Shown: positions 19,540 to 27,997 of the stretch, piece by piece | How positions within the stretch are numbered: position 1 is the first letter of the stretch | Layout of the letters: the number at the start of each line of letters is the position of its first letter | Origin: Candidatus Latescibacterota bacterium | GTDB lineage: Bacteria > Latescibacterota > UBA2968 | Length of the DNA: 64,000 bases | Assembly: GCA_965198115.1 (NCBI GenBank) | Contig: OZ240241.1 | Location: 6,272,001 to 6,336,000 of the forward strand | Direction of reading: 5' to 3' | Position numbers and translations under genes: made by a program | The notes under the pieces: generated by a model | The model's database searches: none | What the model was told of the DNA's origin: nothing | The model's input: only the letters and a program-made list of their open reading frames with translations

Positions 19540-21045
19540 CTAGGAAGCGAAGGACTTTTGTAGAAGATCGAGGTCGAGCTCGGGGTAGAGGGGATAGTTG
19601 TCGAGGAGGTCCTTCACTTTCTGACGTGCGCCGTCTAACGCTGACTTTTCAGTCTTGTAGCGTGCTTGACTCGGTTTCCCGGTTCGTTTGACGATCATGG
19701 GTTCCGTGGCGTCGAGAACGGTTTTGAAAATGCCGGCGATTTCTTTCATTTCGTCGACGCCCATCCCGAGCGTCGTGAGTGCAGGTGTGCCGACGCGGAG
19801 TCCGCTGGTGTACCAGGCGCCGTTCGGGTCGAAGGGGATGGTGTTGCGGTTGAGTGTGACGCGGGCTTCCCGCATTGCGCCTTCGGCCTGGCGTCCGGTG
19901 ATGCCGAAGGGGCGAACGTCGACCTGGAGCAGGTGGTTGTCCGTACCGCCGGTGAGGACAACGATATCCTGATCGACCATCCCCTGGGCGAGCGCTTGCG
20001 CGTTGTCGACGATCTTTGCAGCGTAGGCGCAAAATTCGGGTGTGCTGGCTTCCTGGAAAGCGACGGCCTTGGCGGCCATCGAATGAGCGAGCGGGCCGCC
20101 GAGAACCATCGGACAGCCTTTGTCGATGTGTTCGGCGAATTCCTCGTTGCAGAGGATCATTCCGCCTCGAGGGCCCCGCAACGTTTTGTGGGTGGTGGTG
20201 GAGACGATGTGGGCGTGCGCGACGGGGTCGAAATCGTCGGTGAAGACTTTGCCCGCGACGAGGCCCGCGAAGTGGGCCATATCGACCATAAACACGGCGC
20301 CGACTTCATCGGCGATCTCTCGGAAGATGCGGAAGTTCACCTTTCGTGGGTAGGCGCTGTAGCCGGCAAGGAGGATGAGAGGGTTGACCGCTTTCGCCTG
20401 CTGGCGTATCTGGTCGTAGTCGAGGAGTCCGCTCTCTTTATTGACGGTGTAGGCGTGAGACTCGAACATCCTTCCGGACACGTTGACGCGATAGCCGTGA
20501 GTCAGGTGGCCGCCCGATGCGAGGTCGAGGCCCAGGAGGCGCTGGTTGCCGAGTTCTGCTCGCACGTCGGCCCATTTTGCGTCGTCGAGGTCGAAGGGGG
20601 ATTTGGCACCGAGTTTTTCGAGAGCGGGGTTCTCGATACGTGCGGAGAGGATCGCCCAGAAGGCGACCATATTCGCGTCGGCGCCCGAATGGGGTTGTAC
20701 GTAGGCGTGGTCGGCGCCGAATAGTTCGCACGCGAGCGAAGCGGCACGGGACTCGACGGCGTCGACGTTGTCGCAGCCGGCGTAGAAGCGATGGTCGGGA
20801 ATGCCTTCGGCGTATTTATCGGTGAGGAGGTTGCCGAGCGCGAGCTGCGTGGGCAGGGAACAGTAGTTTTCACTGGCGATCATCTTGAGGTTCGCGCGCT
20901 GGTCGGCGAGTTCCTGGATGATGGATCCGGCCACGTCGGGGATGACGCCGGCGATGGATTCGAGCGATGCGAGATAGGCGACGAACCCGGGATCGGGGGA
21001 AGGATTCGAGGCGAGATAAGCGGAAAGAGGTGACGTGTCAGCCAT
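19540..21045 (-). CDS. glyA: serine hydroxymethyltransferase
   Basis: MIASENY, DKYAEG, QPHSGADAN, GGHLTHG, TTTHKTLRGPRGG. Confidence 0.97.
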   Translation of the reverse strand: MADTSPLSAYLASNPSPDPGFVAYLASLESIAGVIPDVAGSIIQELADQRANLKMIASENYCSLPTQLALGNLLTDKYAEGIPDHRFYAGCDNVDAVESRAASLACELFGADHAYVQPHSGADANMVAFWAILSARIENPALEKLGAKSPFDLDDAKWADVRAELGNQRLLGLDLASGGHLTHGYRVNVSGRMFESHAYTVNKESGLLDYDQIRQQAKAVNPLILLAGYSAYPRKVNFRIFREIADEVGAVFMVDMAHFAGLVAGKVFTDDFDPVAHAHIVSTTTHKTLRGPRGGMILCNEEFAEHIDKGCPMVLGGPLAHSMAAKAVAFQEASTPEFCAYAAKIVDNAQALAQGMVDQDIVVLTGGTDNHLLQVDVRPFGITGRQAEGAMREARVTLNRNTIPFDPNGAWYTSGLRVGTPALTTLGMGVDEMKEIAGIFKTVLDATEPMIVKRTGKPSQARYKTEKSALDGARQKVKDLLDNYPLYPELDLDLLQKSFAS

Positions 21046-21117
21046 TGAGTCCTCCCAACGGGTCGGAATCGAAGGGGGAGCATACAGAAAGATCGCCCGG
21101 GCATACGAGATTTCGGT

Positions 21118-21209
21118 CGCCCAGGCGTTCGGCGGGGATTGGGACGGCAGTTTCCACGTGGCTCGATGTTACGCTGCCACGCTGAGGTGTGCGCCCGTTA
21201 CCATCGTCC
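21118..21209 (-). ncRNA. ZMP/ZTP (pfl) riboswitch upstream of glyA
   Basis: Minus strand: P1 GGACGATGGT/ACTGCCGTCC, J1/2 AACGGGCG, P2 GTGG..CCAC-GTGGAA, 3' hairpin GCCGAACGCCTGGGC with GGCG/CGCC pseudoknot. A downstream GCCCGGGCG can pair with CGCCTGGGC (expression platform). glyA is a canonical ZTP target. Confidence 0.85.
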
Positions 21210-21356
21210 ATTCTGCGATGCGGCCTGAAAGATATCTCAATCGAAGACGATGTCAACGAGCGCGGTGTTGTGGAATCGAGCGCCTGTTGGAGATTGTCGG
21301 ATCCCAGCCGACATCGGATTCGTAGGAAGGAGACAGCACTGTTCGCGATCAAACTG

Positions 21357-22085
21357 ATGGTGGCGACGCTGATTCTGCAGGCGCCGGTGGATGCGCAAAG
21401 GACGATGGTGTTCGCCGCCTCGAGTCTGGCGTCAGTGGTCGAGGCATTGGCTCGAGACGCCGATCGAGAAGGTCTCAGCTGGAATGCGGTCTTTGCCAGT
21501 TCGTCGACGCTGGCCAGACAGATCGAGCACGGTGCGCCGGCGGATCTGTATGTCTCCGCACATCCGAGATGGATGGATTACCTGGAGGAACGCGACCATC
21601 TGGAACCTGCCACGCGTCAAGATCTGGTGGCGAACACGCTTGTCGTGATTGCTCACGCGGAAGATTCGCCGGCGGTCCAGATGGAAAGAGATTTCGACTT
21701 CGCCTCGACTTTCGAGGGGCGACTGGCGATGGGAGATCCCAGTCACGTGCCGGCGGGAATGTATGCGAAGCAGGCGCTGACCTCGCTGGGATGGTGGACG
21801 GCGCTCGCTCACAGACTGGCGCCCACGAAGGATGTGAGAGCCGCGCTGAGCTATGTCGATCTGGGTGAGTGTTCGGTGGGCATCGTGTATGCCACGGACG
21901 TTTCGATCGCGTCCAATGTGAGAATCGTCGCGGCCTTTCCTGCCGATGCGCACGATCCGATCGTCTATCCCGTGGCCGTCGTGAAGGGACGTTATTCGGA
22001 TCAGGTTCGCAGGATCCTCGCTTTTCTAAACTCTGAAAGAGCGGGGGATGTCTTCAGGAGCCACGGATTTCGTGTGCTTGATTGA
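21357..22085 (+). CDS. modA: molybdate ABC transporter substrate-binding protein
   Basis: VFAASSL, FASSSTLARQIEHGAPADLYVSA, HVPAGMYAKQAL, GIVYATD, PIVYP; true start may lie slightly upstream. Confidence 0.92.
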   Translation: MVATLILQAPVDAQRTMVFAASSLASVVEALARDADREGLSWNAVFASSSTLARQIEHGAPADLYVSAHPRWMDYLEERDHLEPATRQDLVANTLVVIAHAEDSPAVQMERDFDFASTFEGRLAMGDPSHVPAGMYAKQALTSLGWWTALAHRLAPTKDVRAALSYVDLGECSVGIVYATDVSIASNVRIVAAFPADAHDPIVYPVAVVKGRYSDQVRRILAFLNSERAGDVFRSHGFRVLD

Positions 22086-22100
22086 ACATTTGGCGTGACA

Positions 22101-22172
22101 GCCTGCCCGCCGTAGCCTTCGGCGGAAGCTGCTGGACGGAAACTTGTCGGCTGTCGGCAGTGAGCTGTGGGC
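22101..22172. repeat. REP-like palindrome CCGCCGTAGCCTTCGGCGG followed by a 7-bp periodic tract (TGTCGGC)n
   Basis: Read directly in the modA-pyrB spacer. Confidence 0.55.
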
Positions 22173-22289
22173 GGAAACGACGGTTTCGCCACTGTGCGAG
22201 GCGGAATGGGCGTTTCGGCTTGCCGCTGTCGGGACACTCGGCGTATATTCTTGAGAGTCGATACAATCACCATTCATCGAGGATCACCG

Positions 22290-22346
22290 ATGACGGGTCA
22301 GACGCATTCGCGACGCGCTTTTCTTTGAGAGGAGCGCGCTTTTTTT
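22290..22346 (+). promoter_or_regulatory. putative pyrB leader: 12-aa uORF whose stop lies in a terminator hairpin
   Basis: GAGGA RBS, ATG 22290..TGA 22328 (MTGQTHSRRAFL); hairpin CGCGCTTTTCT/AGAGGAGCGCG followed by T7. Confidence 0.5.
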
Positions 22347-22397
22347 ATGTCTATGATGGAATGTCGATTTCCAACAGAATCCTGACCGAGGGCCGAC

Positions 22398-23324
22398 ATG
22401 GATAAACTGTTTCACGTGATCGAAGCGCAGCAGTTCGACCGACCGCTCCTGACGGAACTGTTCGCTGTGACGAAAGAGATGGAGGAGGTGGTCAGTCGAT
22501 ACGGATCGAACATCCTGAGCCGGCGGTTGATGGCGTCGCTTTTCTACGAGCCGAGCACACGTACACGTCTGTCGTTCGAATCGGCGATGTTCCGGCTCGG
22601 GGGGCAGGTGATCACGACAGAGAGCGCGCGTGAGTTTTCGTCGGCGGCGAAAGGAGAGACGCTTGAGGATACGATTCGTATCGTCGAGGGTTACAGCGAT
22701 GTCATCGTGATCCGTCACTTCGAGAGCGGCTCTGCGCGACGCGCGGCAGAGGTTGCCTCGGTGCCCATCATCAACGCGGGTGACGGTCCCGGTCAACACC
22801 CGACGCAAGCGCTGCTGGACGTTTACACGATCCGGAAAGAGATCGGCAGACTGGACGATTTCAAGATCGCGATGGTCGGCGACCTTGCGAATGGGCGTAC
22901 GGTCCGTTCTCTGACGTATCTTCTGTCGAAGTATGAGGGTGTCAAGATTTTCTTCGTGGCCCCACGCGTGGTGCGGATGAAGGATGATATCAAGGCACAC
23001 CTGGACGAGCACGGGATCGCGTGGGAGGAGGCCGATGATCTGATCGCTGTCGCGAGGGACGCGGATGTGATTTACCAGACCCGAATCCAGCGGGAGCGTT
23101 TCGGCGACAGGATCGAGGATTACGAGAAGGCCCGGGGCAAGTATGTGATCGACGGAACGGTGATGGAAGCGCTACAGGACTCTTCCGTGGTTCTTCATCC
23201 GCTGCCGAGGGTCGATGAGATCGCCCCAGAGATGGACGGCGATCCACGCTCGGCCTACTTCAGGCAGGCGCACAATGGTCTATACATTCGGATGGCGTTG
23301 TTGCGGATGGTTCTGGAAAACTGA
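22398..23324 (+). CDS. pyrB: aspartate carbamoyltransferase catalytic subunit (plant-type sequence)
   Basis: FYEPSTRTRLSF, KGETLEDT, HPTQALLD, HPLPR. Confidence 0.97.
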   Translation: MDKLFHVIEAQQFDRPLLTELFAVTKEMEEVVSRYGSNILSRRLMASLFYEPSTRTRLSFESAMFRLGGQVITTESAREFSSAAKGETLEDTIRIVEGYSDVIVIRHFESGSARRAAEVASVPIINAGDGPGQHPTQALLDVYTIRKEIGRLDDFKIAMVGDLANGRTVRSLTYLLSKYEGVKIFFVAPRVVRMKDDIKAHLDEHGIAWEEADDLIAVARDADVIYQTRIQRERFGDRIEDYEKARGKYVIDGTVMEALQDSSVVLHPLPRVDEIAPEMDGDPRSAYFRQAHNGLYIRMALLRMVLEN

Positions 23325-23379
23325 GTGAGGCGATATCCAAAATCCGATTGAAGATTTCCGATCTCCGAGAGAGGTCATC

Positions 23380-23793
23380 TTGTTCCGGTTGCGACTCCTG
23401 TTCGTCCTGGCGATCACAGCGTGCGCTGCACGTGTCGATGATGCTGTCCGACTGGTCTACACGCCTGAAGTGGGTCGCTCCTATCGCTACGAAGTCGAGA
23501 TCGAGAAAGGTCTGGAAGCGACGGTTGTTCGCCACGTCGAAGCACGAACGAGCGACGGATTCAAGGAACGACATCATCTGATCAAATCGGGTGAGGAAGA
23601 AGATGTGACGTTCCAGGTGTCTACCCGTTATACGTCGGACGACCACCGCTTCGTGGACCTGGATTTCCCGACAGAAGCGGTGCGGGCAGGGGATGCCTGG
23701 CCGGGTCGGCTGGCAGAGAGGAAGACCTACTCTCAGCATATTGACTTCAGCTGGGAACTGCGATTGGTCGATGATCAGACCGCCGCGCTCTGA
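23380..23793 (+). CDS. hypothetical lipoprotein
   Basis: Signal peptide with lipobox-like LAITAC; GAGG RBS; terminator downstream. Confidence 0.6.
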   Translation: MFRLRLLFVLAITACAARVDDAVRLVYTPEVGRSYRYEVEIEKGLEATVVRHVEARTSDGFKERHHLIKSGEEEDVTFQVSTRYTSDDHRFVDLDFPTEAVRAGDAWPGRLAERKTYSQHIDFSWELRLVDDQTAAL

Positions 23794-23849
23794 TCGATGG
23801 CGGATTCGCCGATCAAGTGCAGAGTGTGTGGAAAGAAGATGGGTGTCGT

Positions 23850-23875
23850 ACGCGGCTTTGAGGGCCGCGTTTTTT
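23850..23875 (+). terminator. intrinsic terminator
   Basis: ACGCGGCTTT-GA-GGGCCGCGT-TTTTT. Confidence 0.7.
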
Positions 23876-23930
23876 CGTTGTGTATTCCGTGTGAGGAGAA
23901 GCGGAAGCGCGCCAAAAAGCGGGGAGCGAC

Positions 23931-25092
23931 TTGAAGATCGAGAAGATTCGGGCAGTGCACGTGGACGTGCCATCCGGGAGAGTGACGGAGGGACGCCGCG
24001 ATCCTTGGACGGTTGATGCGGAAGTCGCGAATCCGATGTCTCGGTTCTCGGACTACAAGCCACACCGTTCGCTCTGGGGACCGAAGAAGTGGGGCACCGT
24101 GTGGGTTCAGGCGATCGCGGAAGACGGGACCTACGGTCTGGGACAGACATCGTTCGGCCGACCGGTTGCGTCTGTCGTTGACGATCACTTCGGGCCCGTA
24201 CTCGAAGGTGAGAGCGTTTTTGCGATCGAGAAGTGCTCGGATATGATGTTCCGGATGTCGAAGCCGTATGGCAGTTCGGGTCTGGCATCGTGCGCGATGA
24301 GTGCGGTCGATCTGGCGCTGTGGGATCTGGCGGGGAAGCTGAAGGAGCAACCCGTGTATGAGTTGCTCGGGGGGCCTACGAAGGACCGTGTGTTCTGTTA
24401 TGCGACGGGTAACGATACGGACTGGCAGTTGGAGCTCGGGTTCAAGGCGGTGAAGCTGGCGTGTCCTTACGGACCCGTGGATGGGCTCAAGGGGTTGCAA
24501 GAGAACGAGGCGCTGGTCGAAAAGACGCGCAAACTCGTGGGCGACGACGTGGAGGTGATGCTCGACTGCTATATGGCGTTCGACGTGGACTACACGATTC
24601 GATTGGCTCAGCGGCTCAGGCCCTTACGGGCTGAAATGGATCGAGGAGTTCCTGATTCCGGAGGACATCTACGGGCATAAAGCGGTGCGCGAAGCCATCG
24701 ACTGGGTCTCTCTCGCGTCGGGCGAGCACCTATACAGCCACTATCCCTATCTCCGGATCATCAAAGACGGCTCGCTCGACATCCTGCAGCCCGACATCAA
24801 CTGGGTTGGGGGGCTGACGGTCGCCCGCAAGATCGCCCACGCCGCAGAGGCAGCCGGACTCGATGTGATCCTGCACGGGGGCGCCGGGAACGCCTACGGC
24901 CAACACTTCACCTACGCGACGTCGAATTCGCCCTGGCTCGAATGCTTTGTGGGATCGCCACCGGGTGTGCCTCTCAAGGAGGCGTTTCCGCCCTGGCAGG
25001 CGGTTCCGGATGATGGATGGTTGACGCCACGGGAAGCGCCGGGATTCGGGATCGAGGTCGAAGAGACCTGGATTCGACCGTTCGAGTATTGA
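23931..25092 (+). CDS. mandelate racemase/enolase superfamily dehydratase, L-rhamnonate dehydratase-like (extra T at ~24624)
   Basis: VANPMSR, SAVDLALWDL, YATG, MLDCYMA, corrected KWIEE, ASGEH, ILQPDINWVGG. Confidence 0.85.
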
Positions 25093-25112
25093 ACCACCAA
25101 GAAGCTAGAACA

Positions 25113-25130
25113 CACTTCGACTCCGCTCAG
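25113..25130. repeat. REP-like unit CACTTCGACTCCGCTCAG (exact inverted copy at 26669-26686)
   Basis: 18/18 reverse-complement match; nested between ACCACCAAGAAG and GGCACGAAGACGCGAAG units. Confidence 0.8.
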
Positions 25131-26216
25131 TGCAGGCTCCGGCACGAAGACGCGAAGGCTGTGACGGTGGACCGTAGACTGTGACGCCTTGCGATAATTC
25201 TCCGCCCGGCTTAAGCTATTCGCAGAATAGGCAGAATCGTTTCAATACGGTTAACAGTGGAGACCGTTCCCTAATGAGTTGAGGGTCACCTAAGATCTGG
25301 CGGCCATGCGACATAGTGCCATAGGAGTACTTACAAGGCGCAACTGCCAAAAGCGGTTGTCGGACCTACGCCTGATGTCCCTTTCTTTACGCGAACGCGT
25401 TTGGCACATTCCGGGGGATCGGGACGCGAAACGCTCTCGACCTCCGACGGGTCCGCCATCGGCAGCACCGCCAGGGAGACGGCCGATTTTCTACCCCGCT
25501 TCGCCATTTTCGGGAAGCACCTTCAAAGCCGCCTTGTCGACAGACGCAAGCTCTTGTTTTTGCACTGGTTTAAGTGTTTCCGACACCTGAAAAACCCCCC
25601 TTTCGTCGACAACGGCCGCGATGCGCCCTCCGGAACTAAAATTAGGACGTTTTAGTAGAAGAAACGGTCCACTACCGGTGTCCAAAAAAGAGAGCTGACC
25701 GTTTCCACCCCCCCTACCCCCCTGGTGCGGGCCTCGGGCCAGCGACGCGCCCAGGGCCAACACCGCGCACCCCCTATGCCCGCTGGGACCTGGCCCTAGC
25801 CACGTCTTGAGCCTAATCGGTCGAAACGCGCTATTTTCGCGGTTCGAGAGCCTATTTCTCGCGCGTGTGGGAAAATGAAAAGGGCGCGGTCTACATCGGG
25901 ACGCCCAGAGAGTTCATCCTCCCTTATCTCCGGTCGTCAGTTCTTGGTGCGTGAGAATGCGAATAGCGTAATCTGGGCGGGAATCTATCGTAAGCCGTAA
26001 CACGTAGACAGACGATAACACGCACAGTATCGAACAGGGTATAACAGCGGCCCGATGCTGAAGCGACGGTCTTGCCCCACATATTTTCACAATTCCTTAA
26101 TTTTTTAATACGGCAATGAATAGTGGCCCCGAGGCCACTATTAAGAGAAGAATATTACTTGATAAGATACGATACTGCTAAGTTGTGTATAACTCGTTGA
26201 TTATCAAAGATTTCCG

Positions 26217-26244
26217 CTTCAGCAAAGTGGTGTTTTGCCGATCC
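26217..26244 (+). promoter_or_regulatory. putative sigma28 (FliA) promoter
   Basis: TTCAG-N14-GCCGATCC resembles TAAA/TCAAG-N14/15-GCCGATAA, directly upstream of a FlgM-like gene. Confidence 0.55.
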
Positions 26245-26273
26245 ATAGAACGTGCAGAGGAGGTACCCTGCAT

Positions 26274-26558
26274 ATGCCATTGGCCGGCATTTTGGATGGA
26301 CAACCGATCTTGAATCGGGGCGCGCAGGATGCGCGTCGACTGGCGCTGGACGGACATATGAACTCGAGCGTGAGGGGGCAGCCACTTCCACCGAGGGTGG
26401 ACGAGCCTACCGAGACACGAGCAGAGAAACTGAAGCGGGTGCGGGAGCAAGTCAGAGAGGGCTATTACGCCAACCGGGATGTTCTGAGAGATGTCGCTGA
26501 CGCGCTGATTATGAATCCCGCCCCTTTCGAAGCCCTGAACGAAAAAGAGGAAGAATAG
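26274..26558 (+). CDS. FlgM-like anti-sigma28 factor
   Basis: 94 aa; C-terminal RAEKLKRVREQVREGYY...DVADALI matches the FlgM signature; GAGGAGG RBS. Confidence 0.7.
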   Translation: MPLAGILDGQPILNRGAQDARRLALDGHMNSSVRGQPLPPRVDEPTETRAEKLKRVREQVREGYYANRDVLRDVADALIMNPAPFEALNEKEEE

Positions 26559-26590
26559 AAAAACAAAACCCAATGTGTTTTACGAAGAGC

Positions 26591-26618
26591 CGACGCACGA
26601 TGTTGCGTCGACTTTTTT
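26591..26618 (+). terminator. intrinsic terminator after the FlgM-like gene
   Basis: CGACGCA-CGATGT-TGCGTCG-AC-TTTTTT. Confidence 0.7.
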
Positions 26619-26668
26619 CGTTTGACCGATGAGGTCGGAGGTCCGCGGTGGTAGGGTAGGAGCGGCCG

Positions 26669-26818
26669 CTGAGCGGAGTCGAAGTGCCGCGACAAGGCCG
26701 AGATGACAGAGGAAAGCAAAGACGACAGAAGACAGTAAAAAACGGCTTCGTACCATTGCCAGTGGGGGCAACCCATCGACGGAGTTCATCCCGAGCGAAG
26801 TCGAGGGCCTCAGGATGT
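26669..26818. repeat. cluster of CTGAGCGGAGTCGAAG / CCCGAGCGAAGTCGAGGG REP-like units
   Basis: 26669-26686 and a nested form at 26772-26818; related inverted variant at 57571-57590. Confidence 0.7.
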
Positions 26819-27018
26819 ACTTCCGGACTGCGAACAGGACTGGCAGCTCCGGATGGCGCGAGTTGACACACATTGGTGTGCCGTGCATCTTTATTGGCCT
26901 GCCACGTAAACTCTTTACAATCAGGTTGATCGGCTTGTCTTCTGGTCCTTTGTCGAGCGGCCGACGTGTTCGAAAAGGACGATTCAGAATCCAGGAGTCC
27001 TACTGCCGTCGAGGTTGA

Positions 27019-27993
27019 ATGATGGGTGACCTTTTAGAGGTCGAACACCTCCAGGCTGAGCCCGGACAGACCACGCGGGGTTATCTCGACATCGCGGAGC
27101 TTCGTGACGGCACACCGGCTCGTCTGCCCGTGGCGTTGATCAACGGCGCCAAGGACGGTCCGACATTCTACCTGCAATCGATCAGCGATGGGGACGAGCT
27201 GAACGGTCTGGCGGTCGTTCGTCGGATTCTGAGCCGGGTCGACGCGGCCGCGCTTGCGGGACAGATCATTGCCGTCCCGATTCTGAACATCCACGCGTTC
27301 CAGGCACATCAGGCTTACAGTCCGGTCGATGGAAAGAAGATGAATCGCTGCTTTCCGGGGCGAAAGGACGGGACGTCGAGCGAGCGAATCGCCCACCGCC
27401 TCTTCCAGAATGCGATCCTCCAGTCCGACTACTGCGTGGATCTTCACCAGGGTGGGATTCGGCCGATGGTCGACGAGGTGCGGGTCCGCGTTGATAAGAG
27501 AAAGCGCATCCACCGGGCGTGTCTGGATATGGCACGCATCTTCGGGATCGGATACATCCTGGATTCGCGCGGTCCAGATGGCCAACTGGCTCGGTGCGCC
27601 CCGGATGAAGGTATCCCCACGATCGATCCCGAGCTTGGGGGATGCCCGGGGTGGGATGCATCGAGCATCAAGAAGGGCGTGACCGGGGTCGAGAACCTTC
27701 TGAAACATCACGGTCTGATCAAGGGCAAACCGGTCGTGCCCGACAAGCAGACCGTGGTCGATGGCTTTTTGAGTCTTCTGGCGAACCGCGGCGGATTCGT
27801 GGAATACCGGGCCCAGCTTTACGACCACCTGCAGAAGGGAGATCCCGTGGCGGACATCACGGATCCCTTCGGTGAGGAGCTGGAGACGCTCCTCGCGCCC
27901 GAAGAAGCGATCTTGTGGTCCCACGCATTGAGACCGACTGTTGCGACGGGTGAGTGCGTGGCTACGTTGGGCAAGAACGTACGGTCGATCTGA
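27019..27993 (+). CDS. succinylglutamate desuccinylase/aspartoacylase (M14-like) family protein
   Basis: DGDELNG, MNRCFPG, VDLHQG, PELGG, C-terminal biotinyl-like hairpin. Confidence 0.88.
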   Translation: MMGDLLEVEHLQAEPGQTTRGYLDIAELRDGTPARLPVALINGAKDGPTFYLQSISDGDELNGLAVVRRILSRVDAAALAGQIIAVPILNIHAFQAHQAYSPVDGKKMNRCFPGRKDGTSSERIAHRLFQNAILQSDYCVDLHQGGIRPMVDEVRVRVDKRKRIHRACLDMARIFGIGYILDSRGPDGQLARCAPDEGIPTIDPELGGCPGWDASSIKKGVTGVENLLKHHGLIKGKPVVPDKQTVVDGFLSLLANRGGFVEYRAQLYDHLQKGDPVADITDPFGEELETLLAPEEAILWSHALRPTVATGECVATLGKNVRSI

Positions 27994-27997
27994 AGCG

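Noticed and set aside
21189-21356. Long N-terminal extension of ModA as given by the ORF track
   Set aside because: It overlaps the glyA riboswitch and promoter region; ModA homology and the signal-like segment start near 21340-21357.
25400-25480. c-di-GMP-I riboswitch (GGCACA...GGGACGCGAAAC)
   Set aside because: Lacks the GNRA-capped P2 and receptor, has no convincing P1, and is far from any start codon.
25160-26216. Replication origin (AT-rich tract, one TTATACACA box)
   Set aside because: Only one consensus DnaA box, no dnaA/dnaN/gidA context, and the + strand appears G-rich on both sides (no skew switch by eye).
25093-27018. tmRNA, RNase P, SRP or tRNA in the long intergenic regions
   Set aside because: No hallmark sequences (GAGGAAAGTCC, tRNA-like CCA ends, T-loop in a cloverleaf) found on either strand.
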